From an uncultured Planctomycetota bacterium (GTDB lineage Bacteria; Planctomycetota; Planctomycetia; Gemmatales; Gemmataceae), in contig CAWKHF010000012.1 of the NCBI GenBank assembly GCA_963849325.1, positions 224,001 to 288,000 on the forward strand: a DNA stretch of 64,000 bases, given 5' to 3'. Position numbers and translations under genes: made by a program. The number at the start of each line of letters is the position of its first letter. Position 1 is the first letter of the stretch. The notes beneath the pieces are model-generated. The model ran no database searches. It saw only the letters and a program-made list of their open reading frames with translations, and was not told the origin of the DNA. Of this stretch, positions 41,341-52,463 are shown one piece after another.

Positions 41341-41719
41341 GGAGAGTCCTCCGACCGCAGCGGTCCCTGCCGCGGTTGAATCAGCGAGAGTCGTCCCGTG
41401 TGCGGACGAGGTTCGTCGAAGCACCCGGCGGAGAGCTTCCTGCTCGAAACCGAGGAGCTTGGGGCGTGACAGGCGGGCGAACAGGCGAGTCCTCTTCCCA
41501 GCCGTTCGTCACGAAGTCGAGGCGATATAACAGCACGCCTCGGGCCTGAAAAGAGCAACTTCACAAGACGGGGATTCTGCACAATTTACACACCCGCCGG
41601 ACATAATTACAAACACCCTCTCCCTCAAGCCACTCCCTTCGTTCCTTCGTTCCTGGGGTCTGATAAGATAATCTTGAGGGCGCAACGACACGCAACCGCC
41701 GCTCCCCATGAGACGAACT

Positions 41720-42109
41720 ATGCACTCAACGACCTCTTCCACCTCGACCCGCTCCTGGGGCATGGCCTTGTTGCTTCAGCGCTGCCCTCGCTGCCGAACC
41801 GGCCGAATCTTCCACGCGATGTTTGCGATGAACCTCTCCTGCCCGGTTTGCGCTTTGCCTTTCCGGCGTGAGGAGGGCTTCTGGCTCGGGGCCATGTATT
41901 GCAGCTATGGCCTGGCCATGGTCATCCTCGTCCCGCTCTTTTTCCTCTTTCAGTGGTTGTTCCCGAGTTGGCCGGGCGTGCTGGTGGCCTTCGTGGCCAC
42001 TCTGCCCTACCTGCCCTTGACGCCGATCATCTTTCGCTACTCGCGTGTCCTGTGGATCTACTTTGAGGACTACGTTGAGCCGAGGGAGTTGTACTCGCCC
42101 CGACGGTGA
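41720..42109 (+). CDS. DUF983-family membrane protein
   Basis: RCPRCRTGRIF...CPVC...REEGFWLGAMY followed by two TM helices. Confidence 0.8.
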   Translation: MHSTTSSTSTRSWGMALLLQRCPRCRTGRIFHAMFAMNLSCPVCALPFRREEGFWLGAMYCSYGLAMVILVPLFFLFQWLFPSWPGVLVAFVATLPYLPLTPIIFRYSRVLWIYFEDYVEPRELYSPRR

Positions 42110-42125
42110 GAGTCTGTCCGTTAAG

Positions 42126-42236
42126 CCCCTCTCCCCCGTACTCGGGGGAGAGGGGTTGGGGTGAGGGGGTGCGGTTTCTGCATCTTTTCCGCCCCCTCAC
42201 CCCAACCCCTCTCCCCCGAGTACGGGGGAGAGGGGG
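42126..42236. repeat. Composite C/G-rich palindromic repeat
   Basis: cccctctcccccgtactcgggggagaggggttggggtgagggg and its inverted copy. Confidence 0.75.
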
Positions 42237-42364
42237 AATAACGGGACAGGCTTTGAGCGCTCGCGGGGCCGGAGACCGCCTCTTGTGGCGGTCGGCGCCG
42301 CCCTTACAATGGGGTCGGCGTCTCCACTCGCCCCGCAAACCCACCGGAAAGTCTGACCATCCCG

Positions 42365-45215
42365 ATGAAGCGATCCCTCCTCTGCTCGGCGGCCGTCGCC
42401 CTGGTGCTGATCGTCTCGACTGCCCACCTGGCGCGCCCCGAGGACAAACGTCCCACGGAGTCACCTCGCGCACGACCCACGCTTGCAAGTCGATCTCTTC
42501 GCCGCTGCTCCAGAACATCGTCCACCCCATCGGCATCGTCTTCGACGACCGCGGCCGCCTGCTGGTGATCGAGAGCCACACGCACTTCCGGCCGCCGAAC
42601 TATTCAGGCCCGAAACACGACCGCGTGCGCCTCCTCGAAGACACCGACGGCGACGGCAAGGCCGATCGCTTCACCACCTTTTTCGAGGGCACGCGGGCAA
42701 CCATGGACATCGCCGCTCATCCGGATGGCTCGGTATACCTCGCCACGCGCAACGAAGTCCTGCGGCTGCGCGATACCGACGGCGACGGCAAGGCCGACGA
42801 CAAGCGCCGTATCGTCTTTCTCGACACCAAGGGCGATTACCCGCACAACGGCCTGTCGGGATTGGCCTTCGACTCGAAGGGCAACCTCTACTTCGGTCTC
42901 GGCGAGAACCTCGGAGCGACGTACCGGCTGATCGGCGCCGACGGCACGACGCTGACCGGCGGCGGCGAAGGGGGCGGCATCTTCCGGTGTACGGCGGACG
43001 GTCGGAAGCTGCGGCGCGTGGCGACGGGCTTCTGGAACCCATTCGGCGTCTGCCGCGACATCTTCGGCCGCGTCTTCGCGGTGGACAACGATCCCGACGC
43101 CATGCCGCCGTGCCGGCTGGTACACGTCGTCGAGGGCGGCGACTACGGCTACCAGTTTCGCTACGGCCGTTCGGGCCGGCACCCCTTCCAGTCGTGGGAC
43201 GGCCAGCTGCCGGGCACCCTGCCGATGGTCAGCGGCACCGGCGAGGCGCCGTGCGAAGTCCTCAGCTACGAATCCGACGGCCTGCCCCGTGAGTACCTCG
43301 GCAATTTACTGGTCACGTCCTGGGCGGACCATCGTATCGAGCGCTACGCGGTCAAGGAGCGCGGGGCTTCGTATGCGGCGGAGCGCCAGCCGTTCGTCCA
43401 GGGAGGCGAGGGTTTCCGGCCGGTGGGGTTGGCCGTGGCGCCGGACGGCTCGCTGTTCGTCAGCGACTGGGTGCGCAGCGATTACAACCTGCACGGCAAG
43501 GGGGCCGTCTGGCACATTCGACCGCGACAGACCACGAGCAAGACGGAGCGGCCAACGGAGCCGCGCCGCGGCCTCTTGAGCGGGCACCGTCCACTGCGCG
43601 AGGCGGCGGCGCGCCGGCTTGCTTCCGAGGAATCCGGCCGCGCGTTCCTCCGCGAACAACTCCACAGCCGCGACGTTCGCGTCCGCGCCGCCGCACTGAC
43701 CGCGCTGGTCGATGCCGGCGACCGCACGCTCGAACTGAATACCGTGGCGGAGAAAGATCCGCTGACGCCGATCCGTGGCATGGCCGTCCGCGCCCTGGTC
43801 GAACGCGGCGAGGATGCAAACCGTTTCCTCGATGCCAGCCAGCCGCCAGCGCTACGGCTGGAGGCGATTCCCTCTCTGCGAGGCGCGTCCGCCTTGCCGC
43901 GTTTGCTCCACCTGCTGACCGATCCCGACCCGTTCCTGCGCAGCGCCGCCGTGAAGCAACTGGGCGATCAGACGGACCTGCTCGGCTCCATCGAGGTCCG
44001 TTCGCTCAAGCAGCCGTTGCAGCGTATCGGCATCCTGCTGGCCTGGCGGGCATCCGGCCGTGCCGAGGGGACGCGCCGGCTGTCCGAGTGGCTGGCCGAC
44101 CCGGACGAAGACGTGCGCTTCCTCGCCGTCAAGTGGATCGCCGACGAAAAGCTGGTCGCATATCGGCCGCAGCTCGTGGAGGCACTGAAGGACCGCGGGC
44201 TGAACGTGCGGCTGTTCTTCGCCTGCTCCTCGGCGCTGGCCCGGCTGGACGACCGCGACGTAAGTGAAGCGAAGTTGGCCGATTACTTCCTCGACCGCCT
44301 CCAGGATGGGAAGGGTCCGCCGACCCTGCGCGTGCTGGCCCTGCAAATGATACCCGCGAACTATCCGAAGTTGACGCTCAATCTCCTGCGCCAACTGCTA
44401 TCCCAAAACGACGCGGCCCTACGGCTCGAAGCAGTTCGCACCCTGAGCGATCATCCCAACCCCGGCCGTGAATCGCTTCTGCTCGATGTCGTTCGTGATG
44501 CGCGCCAGGCAGACGCCATGCGGGCGCAGGCCATCCTCGGTCTGTCGGAGCACTGCGCGGGAGCATCTCAACGACCTGCTGCCGCTGATTGACGGAGAGA
44601 ACGCCGTCCTCCGGGACGAGGCCTTGCGCCCTCAAGGACGTGCAGGGGAGTGCCGCGCAGCGCAGCCATCTGGAAGAGATCGCCCGCCGTCACCCCGCCA
44701 GCGCATCCCTCGTGGCTCGGGTGCTGGGCCGGCCGTTCGTCAAGGACCGTCCTCGGCCGGACGACCTGGACGGTTGGTTAAAGCACCTGGAGGGACCGGC
44801 CGACGCCGGCGCCGGGCGGCGTGTCTTCTTTCACCCCAAGCTGGCCGGCTGTTTTCGCTGTCATCGCGTCGAGGGACGTGGCCGTGAGGTCGGACCCGAC
44901 CTCAGCACCATCGGCCGCACCGACCGGCGGCACATCCTCGAATCGATCCTGCGCCCGAGCAACCTCGTCGCGCCACACTATCAGGTCTGGCAGATCGAAA
45001 CCGACGACGGCAAGATCCGCACCGGAATGCTCGTTCGGACGGTGCTCGACGAATACACCTACCTGGACGCCAAGGGCGAGCTGTTCAAGCTGAACACGCG
45101 CCGCATCACCGCCAGCCGCTCCGTGCCCACCTCGATCATGCCGGATGGCCTGACCGATTTGCTGACGGACCAGGAGCTGCGCGATCTGCTCGCGTATCTG
45201 TGTGCCCGTCGCTGA
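42365..45215 (+). CDS. PVC-type heme-binding CxxCH protein (propeller dehydrogenase-like + HEAT repeats + cytochrome c); frameshifts near 42460-42510 and 44555-44630
   Basis: Signal peptide MKRSLLCS; DTDGDGKAD repeats, GFWNPFG, HEAT-like repeats, CFRCH, VGPDLS, SIMPDGL. Confidence 0.85.
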
Positions 45216-45311
45216 CCGTCCTGCAGAGCTATCACGGCGATCCTTGCTGTCTTTTCCGACTTCCGGCATGACGATTGCTCGCACAGAGGAGGATGCTCGA
45301 TCACTCTGGCT

Positions 45312-45819
45312 ATGGGGGTCATCATGCCCGCAGACAGATGTTCTCTGGCGAAGGCCGTGGACGTTTTGAAACACGTTTTGGGAGCGGACGCCACCGAGCG
45401 AGAGAATGACTGGATCGGGCGCGTGGATGTCGCCCTGGCCGGCGTGGAACGATCCGTGCGGCGGCACCGCGCGGTCTTGAAAGACCCCCAAGGACGTATC
45501 GTCGATGTGGACAGCTCGCTCAACCCTTCGCCAACCGTGGCCCGGCGCACGGAGCGTCTGCGACGAGAACTGAACGATCTTCTATGCGAAGCTCAGACTC
45601 TGCGCGAAGCTGAAAGAAATCCACCCTTCCGGGGGAGGGACCGACGCTTCCACGACCGCCGGTGCATTGCCCGTGGCGCCGGAAGCCGCCGACGTCGCCG
45701 ACTTCGGCGTCTTCTGCGAGCGCACGGAGCGGTTGCTGGAGGGGTTCACTCACTTCGATGAGAAGGAAGCCGAGTTGATGCGGGAGAGCGTCACGATGGA
45801 CCTTGGCGCCGGCGATTGA
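45312..45819 (+). CDS. Hypothetical helical protein, frameshift near 45625
   Basis: ORF 45312..45761 plus an alternative frame ending ...ESVTMDLGAGD* at 45819. Confidence 0.5.
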
Positions 45820-45867
45820 CACCTTCTTGGTCCGATACAATGGGAGGAGGATGGCCCGCTGGGGACC

Positions 45868-46899
45868 ATGCGCGAACGCCGGGTGTCGGACGCAGAGAAA
45901 GCGATGGAAGCGCACAGAAACGAGCCGATCGAACCGACGCATTTCGATGGCCGACGTTATTTCAATCCGGCGGCCCCGGTCTACGGCTTCCGCGTCTGGC
46001 GTGTCCTGGGCTGGATGGCGCGACGGCGGCCCCAGCCCTGGCCGAGATGGATCGACGATCCGACCCAGCCCGGTCCCCCGGCCGTCCTCGGTCCGCATCA
46101 AATCGCCGCCACCTTCGTCGGCCAATCGACCTTCTTGCTGCAACTGGACGGCGTCAATGTGCTGACCGATCCCGTGTGGTCGGATCGCGCCAGCCCCTTG
46201 CGCTGGGCCGGGCCGCGGCGCGTGCGCCGGCCGGGGCTGGCTTTCGAGCAGTTGCCGCCCATCCATCTCGTTTTGGTCAGCCACAATCATTACGATCACA
46301 TGGACCTGACGACGCTGCGGCGATTGCAGCGGCGCTTCGATCCGCTCTTCGTCACCGGACTGGGCAATCGGCACTACCTGAGGAAGCGCGGTCTGCGCCG
46401 CGTCGAGGAGTTGGACTGGTGGCAGACGTGTCCGGGACCCGGCGGCATGGTGGTGACGATGACGCCTGCCCAGCACTTCAGTCGGCGCGGCCTGTTCGAC
46501 CGTCTGCGCACCCTCTGGGGCGGCTTCGTGTTGACGTCCGCGTCGGGGCGAATCTTCTTCACCGGCGATAGCGCCTACGGCGCTCACTTCCAGGAAATCC
46601 GTCGCCGTCTGGGTCCGATCGATCTGGCCCTGCTACCCATCGGCGCCTACGAGCCGCGCTGGCTGATGCGGGCGGCGCACATGAACCCGGAGGAGGCGGT
46701 GCGGGCGCACCAAGACCTCGCGCCTCGGCTGAGCATCAGCATGCACTTCGGCACCTTTCAGCTGACCGACGAGGCCATCGACGCCCCCATCGGCGAACTT
46801 CGGCGAAGCCTCCGCCAGCACGACGTCGAGGAGAGCGCTTTCCTCGTTCCGGGGTTTGGCGAAACCATCGTTCTCCGAGCAATAACAAACGGAACTTGA
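45868..46899 (+). CDS. MBL-fold metallo-hydrolase (NAPE-PLD/RomA-like)
   Basis: LTDPVWS, SHNHYDH, PAQHFS.R, GDSAY, LPIGAYEPRW, HMNPEEA, MHFGTF. Confidence 0.9.
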   Translation: MRERRVSDAEKAMEAHRNEPIEPTHFDGRRYFNPAAPVYGFRVWRVLGWMARRRPQPWPRWIDDPTQPGPPAVLGPHQIAATFVGQSTFLLQLDGVNVLTDPVWSDRASPLRWAGPRRVRRPGLAFEQLPPIHLVLVSHNHYDHMDLTTLRRLQRRFDPLFVTGLGNRHYLRKRGLRRVEELDWWQTCPGPGGMVVTMTPAQHFSRRGLFDRLRTLWGGFVLTSASGRIFFTGDSAYGAHFQEIRRRLGPIDLALLPIGAYEPRWLMRAAHMNPEEAVRAHQDLAPRLSISMHFGTFQLTDEAIDAPIGELRRSLRQHDVEESAFLVPGFGETIVLRAITNGT

Positions 46900-46902
46900 A
46901 CC

Positions 46903-46956
46903 ACAAGCCCGGAGCGCTAGCGACGGGTTTTCCGTCGCTAGCGCCTCCGGGCTTGT
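46903..46956. repeat. REP-like palindrome between convergent genes
   Basis: acaagcccggagcgctagcgacgg...ccgtcgctagcgcctccgggcttgt. Confidence 0.75.
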
Positions 46957-46966
46957 AGACGGAAAA

Positions 46967-48007
46967 CTATTTCATCTTCTTGAAGCGCTCGTAGTTCTCC
47001 GCGACGCGGCCGTCCTTGGCGTCGCCCAGATGGATGAACATGCCGTAGCGCAGTTTCAAGTGCTTGTCCTTCTCGATGCGCACAAGGTCTTTTTTGTCCT
47101 TCTTGTCCTTCATGGCCGGGAAGCCGGATTTGGCACGGCCGAAGGGGTTGGCCGCCATCAGGCCGTAGCCGCGACTGTGCCAACAGGACGGAATCGGATT
47201 GTCCGGCCCGGCGAAGAGGGCGATGCCCACCATGTCGCCGCCGACCAACCCGGAGTAGTCGCACCATGCCGACAGCTGGCCCCAGCACTCCTTCTCGCCG
47301 ACCTTGCCCTCGGCGTTGGTGATCTTGCCCCGGCCGCCCTTCTCGCGCATGCTGTCGTTGACGCGCACACCGAAGGCCCCCTCCTTCGTATCGCCGAAGG
47401 TGATCGGCATGACACTGGCATGCAAATCGATGTCCACGATGAAGAAACGGGCCGTGGTGAAATTGTAGAACTGGATCTTGCGCACCTCGTCCAGCACCTT
47501 ATCGCCGTCGGCGCTGCGCCACTCGTTGTAGGTAGTCACCCAGGCGTGGTTCTGATCGTTGTGGCCCTCGCTGGTGCGGACGCAGACAATGCGGCCGGCG
47601 TTGGCGCCCTCGGCCCAGAAGTCGATGCCCTCGACGCCCTTGGTCTTGCGCTTCAGTTCCATGCCCTCGGGAATGACGTCGCCGTAGGTGAACCAGGCCG
47701 ACTTTTGGTGCGGATGGTCCATCGAGCCGCCAATCGGGGCCGGCAGCATCGGCCAGCTGCGCGTGACTTCGCGGCTGTTGGAGGCTTCCAGCGGCCAGAA
47801 GTACGGCTTGGCGTGGTCGCGGCCGAAGTCGTAAATCGCCGCCTCGTTCTTGTAGACGCGAAACTCGATGTTCGCCCGGTTGACCCAGATGGTCACGTCC
47901 GCCGGGAAGAGCGCCTCCTCCCGTTGCTGCGCCGCGCCCGGCAGGGCCATCACCCCCAGGGCGAGGCCCAGCGCCGCCAGCGGGAACAATGTTTGCTTGA
48001 TTCGCAT
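46967..48007 (-). CDS. DUF6807/PmoA-like exported protein
   Basis: KPYFWPL...DHPHQKS.W...FGDTKEGAFGVR...WHSRGYGLMAANPFG. Confidence 0.75.
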   Translation of the reverse strand: MRIKQTLFPLAALGLALGVMALPGAAQQREEALFPADVTIWVNRANIEFRVYKNEAAIYDFGRDHAKPYFWPLEASNSREVTRSWPMLPAPIGGSMDHPHQKSAWFTYGDVIPEGMELKRKTKGVEGIDFWAEGANAGRIVCVRTSEGHNDQNHAWVTTYNEWRSADGDKVLDEVRKIQFYNFTTARFFIVDIDLHASVMPITFGDTKEGAFGVRVNDSMREKGGRGKITNAEGKVGEKECWGQLSAWCDYSGLVGGDMVGIALFAGPDNPIPSCWHSRGYGLMAANPFGRAKSGFPAMKDKKDKKDLVRIEKDKHLKLRYGMFIHLGDAKDGRVAENYERFKKMK

Positions 48008-48213
48008 GACGATGTCTCCTAGTCGGGTCCGCCCTCTCTATACTGAACCGAGGGCCGCCGAAATTCGCGGCGGCTGACACCCGACGCGAGTATAAAGGGT
48101 ATTCTCTCCGCGGTCCACAAGCCAGTTACGAGAAGTGGGCCGTTCCCGTGAGACCGGCGGGACGCCGGTCCACCGATTCGGGTTGTCCCCTGCTCATTCA
48201 AGGAGTGTTGTTC

Positions 48214-49830
48214 ATGTACAGACGATGGTTGACCGGGACGGCCCTGCTGGGCCTGATGCTGGTGATGCCCGCCGCGACGCGGGCCGCCGAGGACAAGGCG
48301 GAAAAGCCGGCCGTGGTCGTGCGCCTCGCCTCCCTCGACAGCGTGCGGGCCGACCTCCGCTACCTCGCCGAGGTCGTCGGCCATGGCGAGCAGGTCAAGC
48401 AGTTCGATGCCCTGCTTCAGTCCAAGCTGGACGGCATCGACCCCAAGAAGCCGATCGGCGCCTACGGTTGGGTCGGCCGCACCGGCATCGACAGCCAGCT
48501 CGTCGTCCTCGTGCCCGTCCGTGACCAGAAGGCGTTCCTCGGCCTGTTCGACAACTTCGACGCCAAGCCCGACAAGGGCGACGATGACGTGTACACGGTC
48601 AACCTGGACAAGGTGCCTGCCCCCGTGTACTTCCGATTCGCCAACGATTACGCCTACCTCACGCTGCGCGACAAGGAAGTGCTCGACAAGAACAAGCTGC
48701 TCGCTCCGGCGGCGGTGCTGCCGGCCGGCCAGATCGGCATGCTCTCGTTGCTGGTCAACATCGACCAGATCCCTGAAAATCTCCGGGAGTTGGCGCTGGG
48801 CAACCTCGAAAACCAGCTGGCCAACGTCAAGGACAAGGAGGTGCCCAAGGAAACCGAGGCCGAGAAGAAGCTCCGCCTCGCCGTGGTCGATGAACTAAGC
48901 TCCGGCCTCAAGTCGCTGTTCAACAATGGCGGCGAAACGGCGCTGCGCCTGGACGTGAAGCGCGACAGCAGCGATCTATCGCTGTCGCTGAGCGTGGCGG
49001 GCAAGGCCGGCACGTCCCTGGCCACGACCATCCAGAATCTGGGGCGCGTGCAAAGCGTGACGGCGTCGTTGATCGGCGCGGACTCGGCCATCAACGGCGC
49101 GATGACCGTGAGTCTGCCGGAAAAGTTGCGTGAATTGCTGGCGCCGGCGATCGAGGACCAGGAAAAGAAAGCGCTGGCCAGGGCGAAGGAGCCGGCCGAG
49201 CGCGAGGCGCTGGGCACCCTGCTGCGGTCACTGCGGCCCACGCTGCAGAGTGGCGAGCTGGACTTTGCCGCCGACCTGCGCGGTCCGGGCGAGGGCGGAC
49301 TGTATACCGGCATCTTCGGCATCAAGGTCAAGGACGGCGCCGCCATCGACAAGGCGCTACGCCAAATCGTCGCCGGGCTGCCGCCGAAGGAACGCAAGAC
49401 CGTGACCCTGGACGTGGACAAGGTCGGCGCCGTCGCCATCCACCGTATTGTACCAGACAGGAACGATGCCGAGGGCAAGCGGCTCTTCGGCGACAACCCT
49501 CTCTACGTCGCCGTGCGCTCCAACGAAGTCCTGGCGAGCATCGGCCCCAAAGGGTTGAACGCCCTCAAGGACGCCGTGGAGACGACGCCGAAATCGGCCG
49601 GCGTGATGGAGCTGCAAATGTCCTTGCGCCGGTTGGCGCCGCTGATGGTCAAGGACAATCCGTCGGCGCCCGAGGTCGCCCGCCAGGTCTTCGCCGACGG
49701 CAAAGACAACGACAAGCTCCGCATCACACTGGAGGGCGGCAAGACGCTCAAGCTCCACCTCGACATGAAGGCGCCGCTGGTGGCGTTCTTCAACAAGCTC
49801 CAGCAAGCGAAGAAGAGTCAAGCCAAGTAA
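48214..49830 (+). CDS. Exported hypothetical protein
   Basis: RBS aggag, signal peptide MYRRWLTG...AATRA, strong GC3 bias. Confidence 0.7.
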   Translation: MYRRWLTGTALLGLMLVMPAATRAAEDKAEKPAVVVRLASLDSVRADLRYLAEVVGHGEQVKQFDALLQSKLDGIDPKKPIGAYGWVGRTGIDSQLVVLVPVRDQKAFLGLFDNFDAKPDKGDDDVYTVNLDKVPAPVYFRFANDYAYLTLRDKEVLDKNKLLAPAAVLPAGQIGMLSLLVNIDQIPENLRELALGNLENQLANVKDKEVPKETEAEKKLRLAVVDELSSGLKSLFNNGGETALRLDVKRDSSDLSLSLSVAGKAGTSLATTIQNLGRVQSVTASLIGADSAINGAMTVSLPEKLRELLAPAIEDQEKKALARAKEPAEREALGTLLRSLRPTLQSGELDFAADLRGPGEGGLYTGIFGIKVKDGAAIDKALRQIVAGLPPKERKTVTLDVDKVGAVAIHRIVPDRNDAEGKRLFGDNPLYVAVRSNEVLASIGPKGLNALKDAVETTPKSAGVMELQMSLRRLAPLMVKDNPSAPEVARQVFADGKDNDKLRITLEGGKTLKLHLDMKAPLVAFFNKLQQAKKSQAK

Positions 49831-49842
49831 CGGTACGCTCGT

Positions 49843-49880
49843 CCCCATTTCGCCGCCCCGCGCTCCGCGGCGAAATGGGG
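49843..49880 (+). terminator. Hairpin after CDS, possible terminator
   Basis: ccccatttcgccgc...gcggcgaaatgggg followed by aacttgtttt. Confidence 0.55.
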
Positions 49881-49912
49881 AACTTGTTTTCGCGGGAACT
49901 TTACAGAAACCC

Positions 49913-49942
49913 TAGACAAAACCACACGCTGCCGTATACTAT
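49913..49942 (+). promoter_or_regulatory. Putative sigma70 promoter upstream of EF-G
   Basis: TAGACA (49913-18)-N16-TATACT (49935-40). Confidence 0.45.
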
Positions 49943-50158
49943 TAAACTTACTTCTACTTCGCGCCCTCCCTAGCGGAAGCCGGCAGTGATGGATGGTTCT
50001 TTCGGGTTAGTGTCTGTCGCTCTCCTCTGTGTGCTGCGGTTGTGAATCGCGGCACGGAATCCGCACCTGGAGATAACCGAAGCGATGTGGTGTGGGCTGG
50101 AAGCGTGTTCCAGCCGCCGCTGTCCCTGTTCTCGTTTCAGGAGTGCCGCCGCCTCCAG

Positions 50159-50245
50159 AGTTCTGAGTTCTGAGTTCTGAGTTCTGAGTGAAGAGCAATC
50201 CGCTTGCCTCTTTCACTCAGAACTCAGAACTCAGAACTCAGAACT
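50159..50245. repeat. Heptamer (agttctg)n inverted repeat in the EF-G leader
   Basis: (agttctg)x4 agtgaa ... ttcact (cagaact)x4. Confidence 0.85.
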
Positions 50246-50266
50246 TTGCGAATGGCCTGCAACCTC

Positions 50267-52383
50267 ATGCTCGAAAACCTTCGTAACATTGGCATCATCG
50301 CGCACGTCGATGCGGGGAAAACAACGACGACGGAGCGCATCCTCTACTTCAGCGGTTCCAAGCACAAGGTTGGCGACGTCGATGAGGGCAACACCACGAC
50401 GGACTTCGACCCCCTGGAACGGCAGAAGGGCATCACCATCAACAGTGCCGCCGTCACCATCGAATGGGGCGACACACGCATCACTCTGATCGACACGCCC
50501 GGCCACGTCGATTTCACGGCCGAGGTCGAGCGTAGTCTGCGCGTGCTCGACGGGGCCGTCGGCGTCTTCTGCGCCGTCGGCGGCGTCGAGGTGCAGTCGG
50601 AGACGGTCTGGTATCAGGCCAACAAGCATCAGGTGCCGCGCATTGCCTATATCAACAAGCTGGATCGCACCGGCGCCGACTTCTTCGGCTGCATCCAGCA
50701 GATGAAGGACAAGCTCGGCGTCCTGCCGGCCATCTGCGCTCTGCCGGCCGGCGAGGCCAACCAGTTCAAGGGCGTCATCGACCTGGTGCGCGATGAAGTT
50801 CATCCTCAAGGATCCCACGGACAAGACGCACGTCAAGTACGACCTGGTCGAGATGCCCGACGAGTACAAGGAGCTGGCCGAGGAGTACCGCGGCCATCTG
50901 CTCGAGGCCGCCTCGCACGCCGACGATCACCTGCTGGAACTGGTGCTGGAAGGCAAGCCGGTGTCCGAGGACGTGCTGGTCAAGGCGCTGCGGGCCGGCA
51001 CGCTCAGCGGCAAGCTGACGCCGATCCTGTGCGGCTCGTCAAAGAACTTCCACGGCGTTCAGCTCTTGCTCGACTCGGTGATCGATTATCTACCGTCGCC
51101 GTTGGAGCGTCCGCCGGTCACGGGTTTGATTCCCAAGAGCAAGGACAAGGAAGAGACCTCGCGCAAGCCCGATGCCAAGGAGCCGTTCTCCGGCCTGGCC
51201 TTCAAGACCATCAGCGAGAGCACCGGCGACCTGGTGTTCGTGCGCATCTACTCGGGCGAGTTGCATCCCAAGGACGACGTGCGGAACACGGCGGTCGGCC
51301 GCGGCGAGCGCGTGGCCCGCATCTTCCGCATGATGGGCGATCGCCGCGACAGCCTCGACGTGGCCGGGCCGGGCGAGATCGTCGCCGTCGTCGGCCTCAA
51401 GCAGACGCACACCGGCAATACGCTGTGCGCGACCGAATGCTCCGATCGCGCTGGAGGACATCCGCTTCCCCGATCCGGTCATCGCGCAGGCGATCGTCCC
51501 CGATCGCAGCACGGACGAGTCGAAGCTGGCCGACGCCCTGGGCAAGCTGGTCCGCGACGATCCGACCTTGAAGTGCCGCACCGACCCGGAGACCAAGGAG
51601 CTGATCCTCAGCGGCATGGGCGAGCTGCACCTGGAAGTGTCGGTCGAGAAGCTAATGCGAACGCCGGGCGTCAAGGTGACGGTCGGTCGGCCGCAGGTGG
51701 CCTATCGACAGACGCTGTCCAAGGCGGTCGAGATCGAGACGCGCTTCATCAAGCAGTCGGGCGGCCGCGGCAAGTTCGCCGTCGTCTACATGCGCTTCGA
51801 GCCGCTGACCAAGGACCAGGTCGCCGAGTGGACGACCTATCAGGAAGAGCAGGGAGAGAAGCCGGACCCCAATAATATCTATTTCCTGGACAAGATCGTC
51901 GGCGGCGTCGTGCCGGGCGAGTACATTCCGTCCGTGCAGGCCGGCTTCCGCGATGCCTGCGTCAAGGGGGCCAAGTACGGCTTCCAATGCGTCGATATGC
52001 AGGCGACGCTGTTGGATGGCAAATATCACGAGGTGGATAGCTCGCAGGATGCGTTCAAGCTGGCGGGCATCGAGTGTACGCGCGAGGCGCAGCTCAAGGC
52101 CGGCATCACGCTGCTGGAGCCGATCATGAACGTGGTCGTCTTGGCGCCGTCGCAGTACCTCGGCGACCTGACGCGCGACATCAGCCGCCGTCGCGGCGAG
52201 ATCCTGAACTCCAGCATGGACAAGGGCCGCTGTCAGCTGCACGCCTACGTCCCGCTGGCTGAGCTGTTCGGCTACACCAGCGAGCTGCGCAACTTCACCA
52301 GCGGCACGGCATCGTTCAGCATGGAGCCGAGCCACTACGCCCCGGTCAAGGAGGAATTGGCCGATCTGCGCGCGGCGAGCTGA
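50267..52383 (+). CDS. fusA: Elongation factor G, stand-alone paralogue; frameshifts near 50790 and 51435
   Basis: [64 protein letters not shown]. No rpsL, rpsG or tuf adjacent. Confidence 0.92.
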
Positions 52384-52408
52384 GCAACAATCATGGAAAA
52401 CCCTTCGC

Positions 52409-52456
52409 AGCCGCAGCGTCAGCGAGGGAGGTTCCCTCGCTGACGCTGCGGGCTCC
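52409..52456. repeat. REP-like palindrome between convergent genes
   Basis: ccgcagcgtcagcgaggga...tccctcgctgacgctgcgg. Confidence 0.75.
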
Positions 52457-52463
52457 GATCATC

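Noticed and set aside
42106-42364. N-terminal extension of the 828-aa ORF; similar extensions at 1738-2184, 3492-4040 and 61707-62153
   Set aside because: These are read-through into palindromic repeats or neighbouring genes; better starts with RBS or domain boundaries lie downstream.
46967-48007. Methane monooxygenase subunit
   Set aside because: The PmoA-like family label does not imply methanotrophy; this is a soluble exported protein with no pmoC or pmoB neighbours.
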